Shown here piece after piece: positions 40,757 through 50,766 of a stretch of DNA of 64,000 nucleotides; position 1 is the stretch's first letter, and each line of letters opens with the position of its first letter. The stretch lies in contig OZ244252.1 of NCBI GenBank assembly GCA_965217185.1, forward strand, positions 1,216,001 to 1,280,000, read 5' to 3'. Source of the DNA: an uncultured Candidatus Entotheonella sp. (GTDB lineage Bacteria; Tectomicrobia; Entotheonellia; Entotheonellales; Entotheonellaceae). Under the pieces are notes generated by a model that was given only the letters and a program-made list of their open reading frames with translations, did not search any database and was not told the DNA's origin. The translations under genes were made by a program, and so were the position numbers.

Positions 40757-41500
40757 TCACCATACGCTCTGCGGCAAAGGCAATCCGGCGAAATCTTCAG
40801 CAGCGAGCGGTGCTTCGGGTGTTACGCCCATCTGGTCGAGCAGATCGTATAGCTGCCGCAGATGCTGCGCCGTGTGCCAAACGGTGCGCTGGAAGAATGC
40901 CGCTGCCTGTTGTGGGCCGTAATAGGTTTCTACTGTACCATCGAATGCTTTGGGCCTCCTTCGCCAATCGTGCAAACTGTTGCGCACCCTCTCTCCGTAC
41001 TGCGCAATGGCGGCCATGTCGGGCATGTCCGGCGGTGGGTGCTCCTCAAACCAGGCTTCCGGGAGATGGCCCTGCTCCATGGCGTCGCGGTACGCCTGCC
41101 CGACTCGGAACAGATGGTAAGCCAGTTGGTACACTGAGCGGTTGCGCCCCGGCGTCCGCATGTGCATGTGCTGGGCCGGAATCTGCATGATGACCCGTTG
41201 CGCGGCCTGCAAAATCGTGTTGAGGCGCGCCTGCAGTTCTGGCAGTGGCAACGCCAAGCCATCGTTATAGGTCACCCCAACCAAACCTGCCACCGCTGCC
41301 GGATTCCATCCGTGCACCGCGCGACCTCCAGCGATTACCGCAGGCACCCGCGTGATCCCATGCCCATGCAGCGTCTCCATGGCCTCCGGCTGCGCCTCGA
41401 CATCAATCGCCTCGAAATCGACCTCCCATGACGCAAGCAACTCTTCCAGAGCGCGGCAAGAGCTTCAACCCATCCGCTTGTAAAGTCTCACGGTATCCAC
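40757..41500 (-). CDS. Glutaredoxin/NrdH-like - DinB fusion, probable selenoprotein (USSC)
   Basis: GGAG RBS, GTG 41500, MDTVRLYKRMG-TGA(41465-41467)-SSCRALEELL in frame with ORF 40757-41440; GITRVP..GWNP redoxin motif; DinB His motifs LAYH and WHTAQH. Confidence 0.85.
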
Positions 41501-41755
41501 AGGTATCTCCAGTTTGATTGACACTGTTGACCAACGGACAATTCTATTAAAACAAAACCATCAGAGTTAATTTCCGTACGCGAATCAAAAGGGATGCGTC
41601 TTCCAGAGGCCCAAGTGTGAGGAGAATGGCTGACTTGGTACACGGACCCTGGTGGGTGGGGGCGGGAAGCGGTCGAACCGCGACACGACGGTTAGCGGAA
41701 TTACGTAGAACAAATCTTCTTCGTGGTGCGACCCGGCCTCATACATGCACCAAGG

Positions 41756-42328
41756 CTATGCGTGTCGCCAACTACGCACGGGTCCTGTGTCAATGTGAAC
41801 GTATTTGGAGCGCGGGTAGTAACCGACGCCACCCTGCTTAAGACCCAGAGCCACACGGCGAACGGAATTGGTGCTGTATCCGGGAATGCGAATGTCCACC
41901 GCCTTGCCCTTGACGTGGAAACTGCCCTTGGCGGCCGCCGAATTACGGCGTCGGAGCCGATCATTGGTGGCCGGTGAACGGTAGCCGGACATAATGTTGA
42001 TCGTCCCCTTGGCCTCGAGTTTCCCGGCAATGTCGTGGATGAGGTTAAACAATGCGGGATCGATTTCAGTCACCTTGCCGTTATGAGGGTCCCGAAGAAA
42101 ATGGTTGAGCGCTTTTAACGCATCGGGCACGTACTCGCCTTCCACCCAATACTCCGCCTTGATGTCTTCGCCAGTCAATGCATTGTGTAATTTCAGGGAC
42201 CGATTGATGTGGTGTGACCACCCCAGGGATGGAGAGAGGCTCGTCGCAATGAACAGGGTACCTATGCGGAGGACTTGGCGGCGGCTCAACCCGCTCGTGT
42301 GCGCGGATTGGATGAGGGGACGTGTCAT
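41756..42328 (-). CDS. YcbK/DUF882 (peptidase M15) family protein with Tat signal
   Basis: SRRQVL, LNHFLRD, SGYRSPATN, S.H..GKAVD and VHIDTG motifs. Confidence 0.92.
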   Translation of the reverse strand: MTRPLIQSAHTSGLSRRQVLRIGTLFIATSLSPSLGWSHHINRSLKLHNALTGEDIKAEYWVEGEYVPDALKALNHFLRDPHNGKVTEIDPALFNLIHDIAGKLEAKGTINIMSGYRSPATNDRLRRRNSAAAKGSFHVKGKAVDIRIPGYSTNSVRRVALGLKQGGVGYYPRSKYVHIDTGPVRSWRHA

Positions 42329-42595
42329 CGGACCTCCTTGACTTCGCAGGATTTTCTGAAGGTCGCAATCATTTTGTGAAGGTTATGGGAAAGGCCTGAA
42401 ACTGATCAAAACATCCGATGATTGAAGGGGGCTAGCTTACCAGCCAAAATGGGAATGTCAAGCGCCTCTTCCAACTTGAGCCCCATCGCCGTATCCGCTA
42501 TTGTTTCCATATCGAAACAACTGGGCTGGACGGGTTGCAACGTCCATGGATTGTGCGCTCAGTCCGTTATACGCTACCACGCAAGAGGAGCCAAC

Positions 42596-43861
42596 ATGGC
42601 AACACCAGCATCCGATGTTAAAGACCTCTCCTTGGCAGACCAGGGACGCCGGCGCATAGATTGGGCGCTTCAGGAAATGCCCGTCCTGCGGCATTTGATG
42701 GAGCAGTTCAACGCCGAACGTCCGCTTGAGGGCGTGCGCATGAGTGGGTGTCTGCACATCACCACCGAGACGGCCAATTTGGCCCGTGCGCTCATCGTAG
42801 GAGGGGCGAAGCTGGTGTTGACGGCCAGCAATCCGCTCAGCACACAGGACGACGTGGCGGCGGCGCTCGTGCAGCATTACGACATCCCGACGTTTGCCAT
42901 CAAAGGTGAGAGCAACGAGGTGTATTACCAACACCTGAACGCCGCTCTGGAGCACCAACCGCAACTCACCATGGATGACGGCGCCGACCTGGTCAGCGTG
43001 CTGCATACCGACCGCCGCGAATTGTTGCCGAACGTGATCGGCGGCACGGAAGAAACCACCACCGGTGTCATTCGCTTGCGGGCCATGGCGGAGGACGGGG
43101 CGCTGCAGTTCCCAGTCATTTCCGTGAATGACGCCATGACGAAGCACTTCTTCGACAACCGTTACGGAACCGGTCAGAGCACGCTGGACGGCCTGCTGCG
43201 TTCCACCAACATCCTGCTGGCGGGCAAAACGTTTACGGTAGCCGGTTACGGCTGGTGCGGTAGGGGCATCGCCATGCGCGCCCGCGGCGCCGGCGCCAAT
43301 ATCATCGTCACCGAGGTGGATTCCCTGCGCGCCCTCGAGGCGGTGATGGACGGTTACCGGGTGATGCCGATGGTTGAGGCCGCTGCGCAGTCCGATTTTA
43401 TCGTGTCTGCCACGGGCGATAAGCACGTTATTGACGAGGCCCACTTCCAGGTGATGAAGGACGGTTGCGTGATTGCCAACTCGGGCCACTTCAACGTGGA
43501 GATCAACATCCCGGCCCTCGAGGCCATGGCGGTGGAGACCCGGCAGCCGAGGGAATTCATCGACGAGTACGAACTCGCCGATGGCCGCCGTTTGCGTCTG
43601 GTGGCTGAAGGACGGCTGGTCAACCTGGCCGCCGCCGAAGGGCACCCGGCAGCGGTGATGGACATGAGTTTCGCCAACCAAGCGCTCGGCGCCAAGTACG
43701 TCTATACCCATCGTGGGGAACTGGAAAAGCAGGTGTACCCGGTGCCACACGACATCGATATGGAAATCGCACGCTTCAAGCTTGCTGCCATGGGCGTCAA
43801 GCTCGACGCGTTGTCCGAGGAGCAGGAAGCATATCTGTCGTCGTGGCAGGAAGGCACGTAG
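42596..43861 (+). CDS. ahcY: Adenosylhomocysteinase
   Basis: [38 protein letters not shown] and GRLVNL..AEGHP motifs. Confidence 0.97.
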   Translation: MATPASDVKDLSLADQGRRRIDWALQEMPVLRHLMEQFNAERPLEGVRMSGCLHITTETANLARALIVGGAKLVLTASNPLSTQDDVAAALVQHYDIPTFAIKGESNEVYYQHLNAALEHQPQLTMDDGADLVSVLHTDRRELLPNVIGGTEETTTGVIRLRAMAEDGALQFPVISVNDAMTKHFFDNRYGTGQSTLDGLLRSTNILLAGKTFTVAGYGWCGRGIAMRARGAGANIIVTEVDSLRALEAVMDGYRVMPMVEAAAQSDFIVSATGDKHVIDEAHFQVMKDGCVIANSGHFNVEINIPALEAMAVETRQPREFIDEYELADGRRLRLVAEGRLVNLAAAEGHPAAVMDMSFANQALGAKYVYTHRGELEKQVYPVPHDIDMEIARFKLAAMGVKLDALSEEQEAYLSSWQEGT

Positions 43862-43922
43862 CCCATCCCCACTATCTCCCCCGCCTCGCGGTGCGGCCTG
43901 GCGCCGCGCCGCGAATCACAGG

Positions 43923-45467
43923 TCAGTGCGGCTGTTCTTGCCGCATATCCCGCAATATAGCTTGAGCGCAATTGTGTCCGGGAGCCCCGGTGATTTCGCC
44001 GCCTGGGTGCGTACCGGCGCCGCACAGGTAAAGCTGCGCTATCGGCGCCCGATAGGCCACCCGGCGTGAGAACGCTTGGCTCGGCACCACGTCGATATGT
44101 CGGATGTTGCCGTCGGTCATGCCGACGGCGGTTTCGATGTCCTCCGGGGTGCGAAGCGTCCAACTAATCAGGGTTTCCCGAAAGTTGGGGGCGTATTCAC
44201 ACAGCGTGGAGATGATCAACTCGGTGACCCGCTCACGAGCCTCGTCCCACGATTCGCCCGCCGGATGCCGCGGGTAGTACAGGGTCCAGCACGAGACGAC
44301 GTGTTGCCCCGGCGGCGCCAGGGTGGGGTCCCAGAGCGAGGGAATCTGCATGCGGATCAGGGGATGCTCAGCAGGCCGGCCTTGCCTGCAAGCATCCCAG
44401 CTTGCCTGGAAGTAGGCGACTGATGGGCAGATGCGCACATAGGTCGTTAGCTTGGGATCGTACCCGGCACCAAGGTATCGGGAAAAGTCGGGCAGGTCGC
44501 TTAGTGCCGCCAGGAATTTGACACAGTTGGCTCGCGTCCGCAGGTTGGTGATGCGCCGCAGGAACCCGTCGTCGAGCGATTGCGAGTCCACCAGGCTCAG
44601 GTAGGTGCGCTTGGGGTCGGCGTTGGAGACCACCACCGCGCTGCGGATTTCCTCACCGCCGACGAGCCGGACGCCGCGCGCCTTTCCATTCTCAACCAAG
44701 ACCCGCTCGACGCTCACCCCGGTGCGAATTTCGACGCCGCGTGCTTGCGCCGCGCCCGTCAGCGCTGCGGCCACGGCGTTCATGCCGCCCTTGGGGATGC
44801 CAAAATACTCGGGTTTGTTGAACCGCCGCATCCACATGATGTACGCGACGCTGAACACGCTGCCCGGCGCGCTCGGATCGCCCATGTCCTGGGCCTCGAC
44901 GAAGAACGCTTTCACCCGGTCGTCTTCGAAATAAAGGTCGAGCAGGTCGCTGACGCCGACCGTCAGCATGGTCTCCCACACTTCCTCGTCGGGGGTGCCG
45001 CGCACGTCCGCCGTCACCTGCGCAAAGGTGGGCGGCTCGGTGAAGAAGTAGCGGTATAGAATGCCGGCGGCGCGCTCCCAAAATGCGTTCCACGCCGGAA
45101 AGGCCCTGGCGTCGCGTTCCGACAGGCGCCGGATACCGTCCTGCGTCTGGCGGTCGTCGTGCCAGGACATCAGGTACGAGCCGTCCGGGAAGGGTTGAAA
45201 AGCCATCGGGTCGTAAGGATAGGTGGCGTAGCCGTGGCGGGGCAGGTCTAGCTCTTCGATCACCTTGGCTTGGAACATGTGGCAAACGTATGGGCAATAC
45301 GGCACCGTGAAGCCGGGATGAATCGTTTCGCCGACAATGGCGCCGCCAGTGCGGTCGAGCCGTTCCAGCACCAGCACGGACAGCCCCTCTTGGGCCAGAT
45401 AACTGGCGCAGACCAAGCCATTATGCCCGGCGCCGATGACGATTGCGTCGTACTGGGTTTCCCCCAC
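43923..45467 (-). CDS. Phytoene dehydrogenase-like FAD-dependent oxidoreductase
   Basis: GAGHNGL, GGM, TPEDIE and LYLCGAGTHPGG..GAPG.N motifs. Confidence 0.92.
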   Translation of the reverse strand: MGETQYDAIVIGAGHNGLVCASYLAQEGLSVLVLERLDRTGGAIVGETIHPGFTVPYCPYVCHMFQAKVIEELDLPRHGYATYPYDPMAFQPFPDGSYLMSWHDDRQTQDGIRRLSERDARAFPAWNAFWERAAGILYRYFFTEPPTFAQVTADVRGTPDEEVWETMLTVGVSDLLDLYFEDDRVKAFFVEAQDMGDPSAPGSVFSVAYIMWMRRFNKPEYFGIPKGGMNAVAAALTGAAQARGVEIRTGVSVERVLVENGKARGVRLVGGEEIRSAVVVSNADPKRTYLSLVDSQSLDDGFLRRITNLRTRANCVKFLAALSDLPDFSRYLGAGYDPKLTTYVRICPSVAYFQASWDACRQGRPAEHPLIRMQIPSLWDPTLAPPGQHVVSCWTLYYPRHPAGESWDEARERVTELIISTLCEYAPNFRETLISWTLRTPEDIETAVGMTDGNIRHIDVVPSQAFSRRVAYRAPIAQLYLCGAGTHPGGEITGAPGHNCAQAILRDMRQEQPH

Positions 45468-45513
45468 GTCTTGCCCTCCCCGTCCGTGTCCATGTCATCC
45501 CGCCGCGTCGGGG

Positions 45514-45542
45514 TTGACACCGCCGGACAATGTTTCTACGCT
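45514..45542 (+). promoter_or_regulatory. Putative sigma70 promoter for globin-tenA
   Basis: TTGACA-17 nt-TACGCT. Confidence 0.55.
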
Positions 45543-45605
45543 CATTCTGTCGAACGACAACCGAATTCGGCCCGCCCTCAGTTTTCCTCAGACAGACGAT
45601 ACCCG

Positions 45606-46022
45606 ATGAATCCATTCAACTTGCCGGTGCGGGAAACCTCTTCCCTGGATGTGATCTACGCCACCATTGGGGAAGAAGGCATCACCCGCATCACTGAAGC
45701 GTTCTATCAGCAAGTGGCCACCGACGACCTGCTCGCCCCGATGTATCCCAAGGATGACCTGCAAGGCTCGGAACAGCGCCTGCGCGATTTTCTCCTTTAT
45801 CGTTTCGGCGGTCCACAGCTCTACATCGAGACGCGCGGCCATCCGCGCCTGCGCATGCGGCACGCCTCCTTTCCGGTCGACCAACGCGCTCGCGACCGCT
45901 GGATTTCGCTCATGGACAACGCCCTGCAAACAGCGGCGCTGCCTGCCGATATCACCGCCATACTGCAAGAATTCTTCCGCCACGTCGCCACGTTTCTGAT
46001 CAACCGTGATGCAGGCCCCTGA
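45606..46022 (+). CDS. Group II truncated hemoglobin
   Basis: FY, FGGP..Y...GHPRLRMRH..F and RDRW motifs. Confidence 0.92.
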   Translation: MNPFNLPVRETSSLDVIYATIGEEGITRITEAFYQQVATDDLLAPMYPKDDLQGSEQRLRDFLLYRFGGPQLYIETRGHPRLRMRHASFPVDQRARDRWISLMDNALQTAALPADITAILQEFFRHVATFLINRDAGP

Positions 46023-46060
46023 ACATCATCCATTCCGCACACCCGACAGAAGGAAGCACC

Positions 46061-46729
46061 ATGCGGTTTTCCAAATACTTGCGTCAGCAAGCCGATCCCA
46101 TATTCGAGGCCATTTTCGCCCACCCGTTTGTTCGCGGCATCGCCAACGGCGATCTCACCAGCGAGCAACTTGCCCATTACGTGAGGCAGGATTTTCAATA
46201 CCTCAACGTCTTCTGTCAAATCTACGGGCTGGCCATTGCCAAGGCCTCGACACGTGAGGACATGGCTTTTTTCCATCAGCGCATGACGTTCATCCTACAC
46301 AGCGAAACGCACCCGCACCACAATTTCGCCGACGTCGCCGGCTACAAGCTGGAGGATCTGGAACACGCTGACCTTCTGCCTACGTCGCGCAACTACACGC
46401 GCCACATGCTGCACGTGGCCCACAGTGGCACGTTGGGAGAGCTTCTCGCCGTCCTGCTGCCCTGCCCTCTCACTTACTGGGAGATTGGCCGCAAGCTACA
46501 GCAGGAGATGAAGCCCGACGACAACCACCCGTTCAAGCCATGGATCGATTTTTACGCGGCGCACGGCAGCGAGGAGATCAGCGAGTTGTTCCTGGGGCGG
46601 CTCGACGCCTACGCCGCGCGAGCCCACGAGACGGAAAAGGCGCGCATGGAGGATCATTTCCTCACCAGTTGCCGGATGGAATATATGTTCTGGGATATGG
46701 CATATAATCTTGAATCCTGGCCGGTGTGA
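46061..46729 (+). CDS. tenA: Thiaminase II / aminopyrimidine aminohydrolase
   Basis: HPFV, QD..YL, LLPC..Y, WI..Y and E..FWDMAY motifs. Confidence 0.93.
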   Translation: MRFSKYLRQQADPIFEAIFAHPFVRGIANGDLTSEQLAHYVRQDFQYLNVFCQIYGLAIAKASTREDMAFFHQRMTFILHSETHPHHNFADVAGYKLEDLEHADLLPTSRNYTRHMLHVAHSGTLGELLAVLLPCPLTYWEIGRKLQQEMKPDDNHPFKPWIDFYAAHGSEEISELFLGRLDAYAARAHETEKARMEDHFLTSCRMEYMFWDMAYNLESWPV

Positions 46730-46779
46730 CGGCTCATCCTCCCTGGCCAGACGCGCTTACCTCCGCTTGGGACTTCGGC

Positions 46780-47451
46780 ATGCGGCTTCTGGTGATTGAA
46801 GACGAACAGAAGGTGGCCAACTTCATCAAGCAGGGTCTGGAAGAGGAAGGCTACGCGGTAGACCACGCCGCCGACGGGGCCAGCGGGCTGCAGATGGCGC
46901 TGGAGGGGTTGCACGACGTCATCGTGCTGGACGTCATGCTGCCGAAGCTCGATGGCCTGAGCGTGCTACAACAGTTGCGGCAGGAAAAGGTCACCACGCC
47001 TGTTTTGCTGCTGACCGTGCGCGCCACCATTGAGGACAAGGTGCTGGGGCTCGACGCCGGTGCCGACGACTACCTCACCAAGCCGTTCGCCTTCGAGGAG
47101 TTCGTCGCCCGTGTGCGGGCCCTGCTGCGGCGCCGGGCTGAAACCGCGTCCCCCATCCTGCAGGTCGCCAACTTGGCGCTCGATCCCGCGCGCCGTGTGG
47201 TGTCGCGGGGCGACCAGAAGATCGAGCTGACCCCCCGCGAGTTCACCCTGCTCGACTATTTCATGCGCAATCCTGATCGGGTGCTTACCCGTACCATGAT
47301 CGCCAACCGCGTGTGGGATTACACCTTTGACACCACCACCAACGTTATCGACGTCTACGTCAATTACCTACGCAAGAAGATCGACACCGGGCACGACACC
47401 AAGCTGCTCCACACTGTGCGGGGTGTGGGCTACGTCATGAGAGTGCCCTGA
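46780..47451 (+). CDS. OmpR-family response regulator
   Basis: ED, LDVMLP, GADDYLTKPF and TVRGVGY motifs. Confidence 0.95.
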   Translation: MRLLVIEDEQKVANFIKQGLEEEGYAVDHAADGASGLQMALEGLHDVIVLDVMLPKLDGLSVLQQLRQEKVTTPVLLLTVRATIEDKVLGLDAGADDYLTKPFAFEEFVARVRALLRRRAETASPILQVANLALDPARRVVSRGDQKIELTPREFTLLDYFMRNPDRVLTRTMIANRVWDYTFDTTTNVIDVYVNYLRKKIDTGHDTKLLHTVRGVGYVMRVP

Positions 47452-47454
47452 GCC

Positions 47455-48864
47455 ATGCCGGCCCTCTCCATTCGCGCCCGCCTCACCCTGTGGTATTCCG
47501 CCCTGCTGACTGTCACCGTGCTCATTCTGGCCGGTGCCGCGTACGTCCTGCTGTGGTACGGCAGCATGCAGGATATGGACGACGCCCTGCAGGGCGTTGC
47601 GCGGGCGCTGGAGCAACAAGCGCCGCGGCGCGGCAGCCCATTCGTACCTGCGGACGTTGACGCGCTGTTCCGGCGTTTTTTCGGCTTTTCGCCCTGGGAC
47701 CGTTACGTGCAGCGCCGCGACCTGCTGAGCCCCCCTGACCCGCGTCGCCGTCGGGCACCTTCCGGCACGTTGCCGCTCAGCCCCGACGCGAGGCGCAATG
47801 CCGCCGCTGGACGGGAGACGTACGAGACGGTGGAAGGCTTGGCCGAATATCCGGTGCGGGTATTAACCAAACCGGTGCTCGCCGGCGGTCGGGTACGTAA
47901 CGTCATCCAGGTGGGCATGTCGCAGGAGAATCTGTACGCCACCCGGCGCCGATTCCTTTGGATCATGGCGGCAGTGCTGCCGTTCGGCCTGCTGTTGGCG
48001 ACCGGGGGCGGCTGGGCGCTGGCGCGGCGGGCGCTCGCCCCGGTTGAACACATGGTGGAAGCGGCGCGGCGCATCAGTGCCGAGCATCTGGCCGAACGCC
48101 TTGAGGAAAGCGGCACCGGCGATGAACTGGACCGGCTTTCCGGGGTGCTGAATGCCATGCTCGAACGCCTCGATCTGTCGTTTCGGCAAATGCGGCAGTT
48201 CAGCGCCGACGCCTCGCACGAACTACAAACGCCCCTGACTATTCTGCAGGGCGAGTTGGAGGTGGCGCTGCGCAGCCCGCGCACCCCGGAGGCGTATCGG
48301 GAGGTCATCAAGAGCGCCCTGCAAGAGATTGACCGCATGGCTGTTCTGGTGGAGGGTCTGTTGCTGTTGGCGCGGGCCGATGCCGGTATGCTGCGGTTGG
48401 ACCTGAAGCCGATGGACGCGGCGCAGTTGCTCGCCGAGGTTTACGAACGTACGCAGATTCTGGCGCAATCGCGCTCCATCACCCTCGACCTCGAAGCCCT
48501 TGAGCCGCGTATCGTTTTTGGCGACCGCGAGCGGCTGCGGCGCGTGCTGCTCAACCTCGTCGATAACGCCATCAAATACACCCCTGCCGGGGGCCGCGTC
48601 ACCCTGTCGCTTCGGGAGCGCGACGGTCAAGTCAGTCTGTCGGTGCGCGACACCGGCATTGGTCTGTCGGAGACCGAGCAGGAGCACGTCTTCCAACGCT
48701 TCCACCGCGCCGGTTCGGCCCGCGACCACGGCGCCCAGGGCTCCGGGCTGGGGCTGTGCATCGCCCGCTCCATCGCCGAGGCGCACGGCGGCACGCTACA
48801 GGTCGCCAGCCGACGCGGCGAGGGCAGCACGTTCACGGTGTGCCTGCCGCGCCTGGCTGAATGA
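47455..48864 (+). CDS. Sensor histidine kinase (HAMP, HisKA, HATPase)
   Basis: Two TM helices; ASHELQTP, NLVDNAIKY, DTGIG and GSGLGL motifs. Confidence 0.95.
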   Translation: MPALSIRARLTLWYSALLTVTVLILAGAAYVLLWYGSMQDMDDALQGVARALEQQAPRRGSPFVPADVDALFRRFFGFSPWDRYVQRRDLLSPPDPRRRRAPSGTLPLSPDARRNAAAGRETYETVEGLAEYPVRVLTKPVLAGGRVRNVIQVGMSQENLYATRRRFLWIMAAVLPFGLLLATGGGWALARRALAPVEHMVEAARRISAEHLAERLEESGTGDELDRLSGVLNAMLERLDLSFRQMRQFSADASHELQTPLTILQGELEVALRSPRTPEAYREVIKSALQEIDRMAVLVEGLLLLARADAGMLRLDLKPMDAAQLLAEVYERTQILAQSRSITLDLEALEPRIVFGDRERLRRVLLNLVDNAIKYTPAGGRVTLSLRERDGQVSLSVRDTGIGLSETEQEHVFQRFHRAGSARDHGAQGSGLGLCIARSIAEAHGGTLQVASRRGEGSTFTVCLPRLAE

Positions 48865-48896
48865 CCCCCGTTCGCGGCTGCGCTGCATGAGAAATT

Positions 48897-48946
48897 TCTA
48901 AGGATTCTCTCATTGAATTCTTAATGCTCTCTCATTTGGTTTTCAC
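48897..48946 (+). promoter_or_regulatory. Phased direct-repeat array, likely OmpR-family binding site
   Basis: TCTAAG, TCTCAT, TCTTAA, TCTCAT, TTTCAC starting at 48897, 48908, 48919, 48930, 48941. Confidence 0.65.
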
Positions 48947-49044
48947 CCCGCGGTGTCATATTCCCCTCCGTAAGCAGCAGCACCGGCACGCCGTGCCAAC
49001 CAGGCTGGCTGGCCACATCCAATGCTTTATCAACGGAGGTTGAC

Positions 49045-50559
49045 ATGTCATACCGAGCATTTCTGAACAAACGATGGGGAATCGGTGTCCTGGCCACGGC
49101 GCTGGCGGTCTGTCTCCTGGGCGGCCTCGTGATTGCCAAGGAGATGCGCAACACTCCCGCCGCCGGCGAAGCCGCTGCACCGGCCATGCCGGCCGTGCGG
49201 ACGGCTCCTGACTCCTTCGCCGAACTGGCGAGTAAACTGGGGCCGAGCGTAGTCAACGTCAAAGTAACCAGGATGACTGAAGGGGTATCCTGGAACGCGC
49301 CCGAGGGGTTTGAACAAGGCCCATTTGAGCATTTCTATCGCCGTTTCTTCGACGACGAGCAGCGCCAGCACCGCGGGCGTGATTATCGCCCCGGTCATTC
49401 TCCCCGGCGTCGCCCCGGCCATTTTCGGCAACACGGCAACGGCTCCGGCGTCATCATTGACGCCGAGGGGCATATCCTCACGAATAATCACGTCGTCGAG
49501 CGCGCTGAGGACGTCAGGGTGGCCCTGACCGACGGCCGCGAGTATGAAGCGCGTGTCGTCGGACGCGACCCCAAGACGGACCTGGCGGTGCTGCAAGTGG
49601 ACGTGACCGAGGCGCTGCCGGTGGCGACGCTGGGTAGTTCCGACACCCTAAGGGTGGGCGATTGGGTCATGGCCATCGGTAATCCGTTCGGCCTGAGCCA
49701 TACGGTGACGGCGGGCATCGTGAGCGGTAAGGGCCGCATCATCGGCGCCGGCCCGTATGACGACTTCATCCAGACCGACGCCTCGATCAACCCCGGCAAC
49801 TCCGGTGGGCCGCTGTTCAACATGCGCGGCGAGGTGGTTGGCATCAACACGGCCATGGTGCCGCACGGAAGCGGCATCGGCTTTGCCATCCCCATCGACA
49901 CCGCCAAGCCGTTGATTCCGCAGATGGTGGCTACCGGAAGCGTGACGCGCGGTTTCTTGGGTGTCTCCATCCAGTCCATCACCCCGGATTTGGCGGAAGC
50001 CCTGAAGCTCGACGGAACCCAAGGCGCCCTGGTTGGCGAGGTGTTGCCCGACAGCCCGGCGACGCGGGCGGGCTTGCAGAGCGGCGACGTCATCACGGCG
50101 TTCGATGGCAAGGAGGTCCCTTCCTCGCAAGACCTGCCGGGCATAGTCGCCGAAACCCCGGTTGGCCAGGAGGTGACCGTCACCGTGCAGCGCCAGGGCG
50201 AATCGCTTGACCTCGCGGTGACCGTCGGCAAGATGCACGCCGAAACGGCCCAGGCGATCGATAGGCCGGAATCCGGCCGCGGCAACCTCGGCCTCTACCT
50301 GCGCGACCGGCAGGCCGACTCCCGCGGCGATGACGACCTTGCGCTCGCCAATGGCGTCTTGGTGACCCGCGTGCAGCCCGGCAGCCCCGCCGCGGCGTCC
50401 GGCATTCGCGGCGGCGACGTCATTTTGCAAGTGGACCAGAATCCCGTCGATTCCATCGCCGACGTGAAGCAGGTGCTGGCCGAGACGGACGAGGAATCGC
50501 CACTCGTTCTGCTCGTCAAGCGCGGCGAGGGCAGCTTTTACGTCGTGCTTAAAGCGTAG
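49045..50559 (+). CDS. DegQ/HtrA serine endoprotease with two PDZ domains
   Basis: TNNHVV, DLAV and QTDASINPGNSGGPL motifs; signal peptide. Confidence 0.95.
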   Translation: MSYRAFLNKRWGIGVLATALAVCLLGGLVIAKEMRNTPAAGEAAAPAMPAVRTAPDSFAELASKLGPSVVNVKVTRMTEGVSWNAPEGFEQGPFEHFYRRFFDDEQRQHRGRDYRPGHSPRRRPGHFRQHGNGSGVIIDAEGHILTNNHVVERAEDVRVALTDGREYEARVVGRDPKTDLAVLQVDVTEALPVATLGSSDTLRVGDWVMAIGNPFGLSHTVTAGIVSGKGRIIGAGPYDDFIQTDASINPGNSGGPLFNMRGEVVGINTAMVPHGSGIGFAIPIDTAKPLIPQMVATGSVTRGFLGVSIQSITPDLAEALKLDGTQGALVGEVLPDSPATRAGLQSGDVITAFDGKEVPSSQDLPGIVAETPVGQEVTVTVQRQGESLDLAVTVGKMHAETAQAIDRPESGRGNLGLYLRDRQADSRGDDDLALANGVLVTRVQPGSPAAASGIRGGDVILQVDQNPVDSIADVKQVLAETDEESPLVLLVKRGEGSFYVVLKA

Positions 50560-50587
50560 CGGTCCTCGCAGGCAAGAAGGTGTGGTG

Positions 50588-50646
50588 CCCCCTCTCCCTG
50601 CCCTTCCCGTTTTCTCCCTCCTCCGGGGAGGGTTAGGGCGAGGGGG
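50588..50646. repeat. Degenerate palindromic intergenic repeat (CCCCTC..CCCTAACCCTCCCC type)
   Basis: CCCCTCTCCCTGCCCTTCCC...GGGGAGGGTTAGGGCGAGGGG; related remnant near 22051. Confidence 0.5.
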
Positions 50647-50766
50647 AATTTCCAAGAACCCGCTGCCCGGATTTTGCAACCCTCCCCCCAGCCCTGCCAT
50701 ACTGCGGTCGAGTGACGCCTCTCCCGGAACACGACCGCATCCCGCCTTTGTAACGGAGTCCCGAAC

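Noticed and set aside
41650..41690. tRNA-like GGTTCGA and CCA on the minus strand (possible tRNA-Sec)
   Set aside because: The T-loop is too short and no acceptor, D or UCA anticodon arms can be formed.
41617..41841. 74-aa plus-strand ORF
   Set aside because: RBS spacing to the ATG is too short, it overlaps the ycbK-like gene, and no family is recognisable.
45990..46060. TPP riboswitch upstream of tenA
   Set aside because: The intergenic gap is only 38 bp and has no CTGAGA core.
49385..49430. Short RPGH duplication in degQ
   Set aside because: It falls in the variable, low-complexity LA-loop region of HtrA proteins; probably a neutral local duplication.
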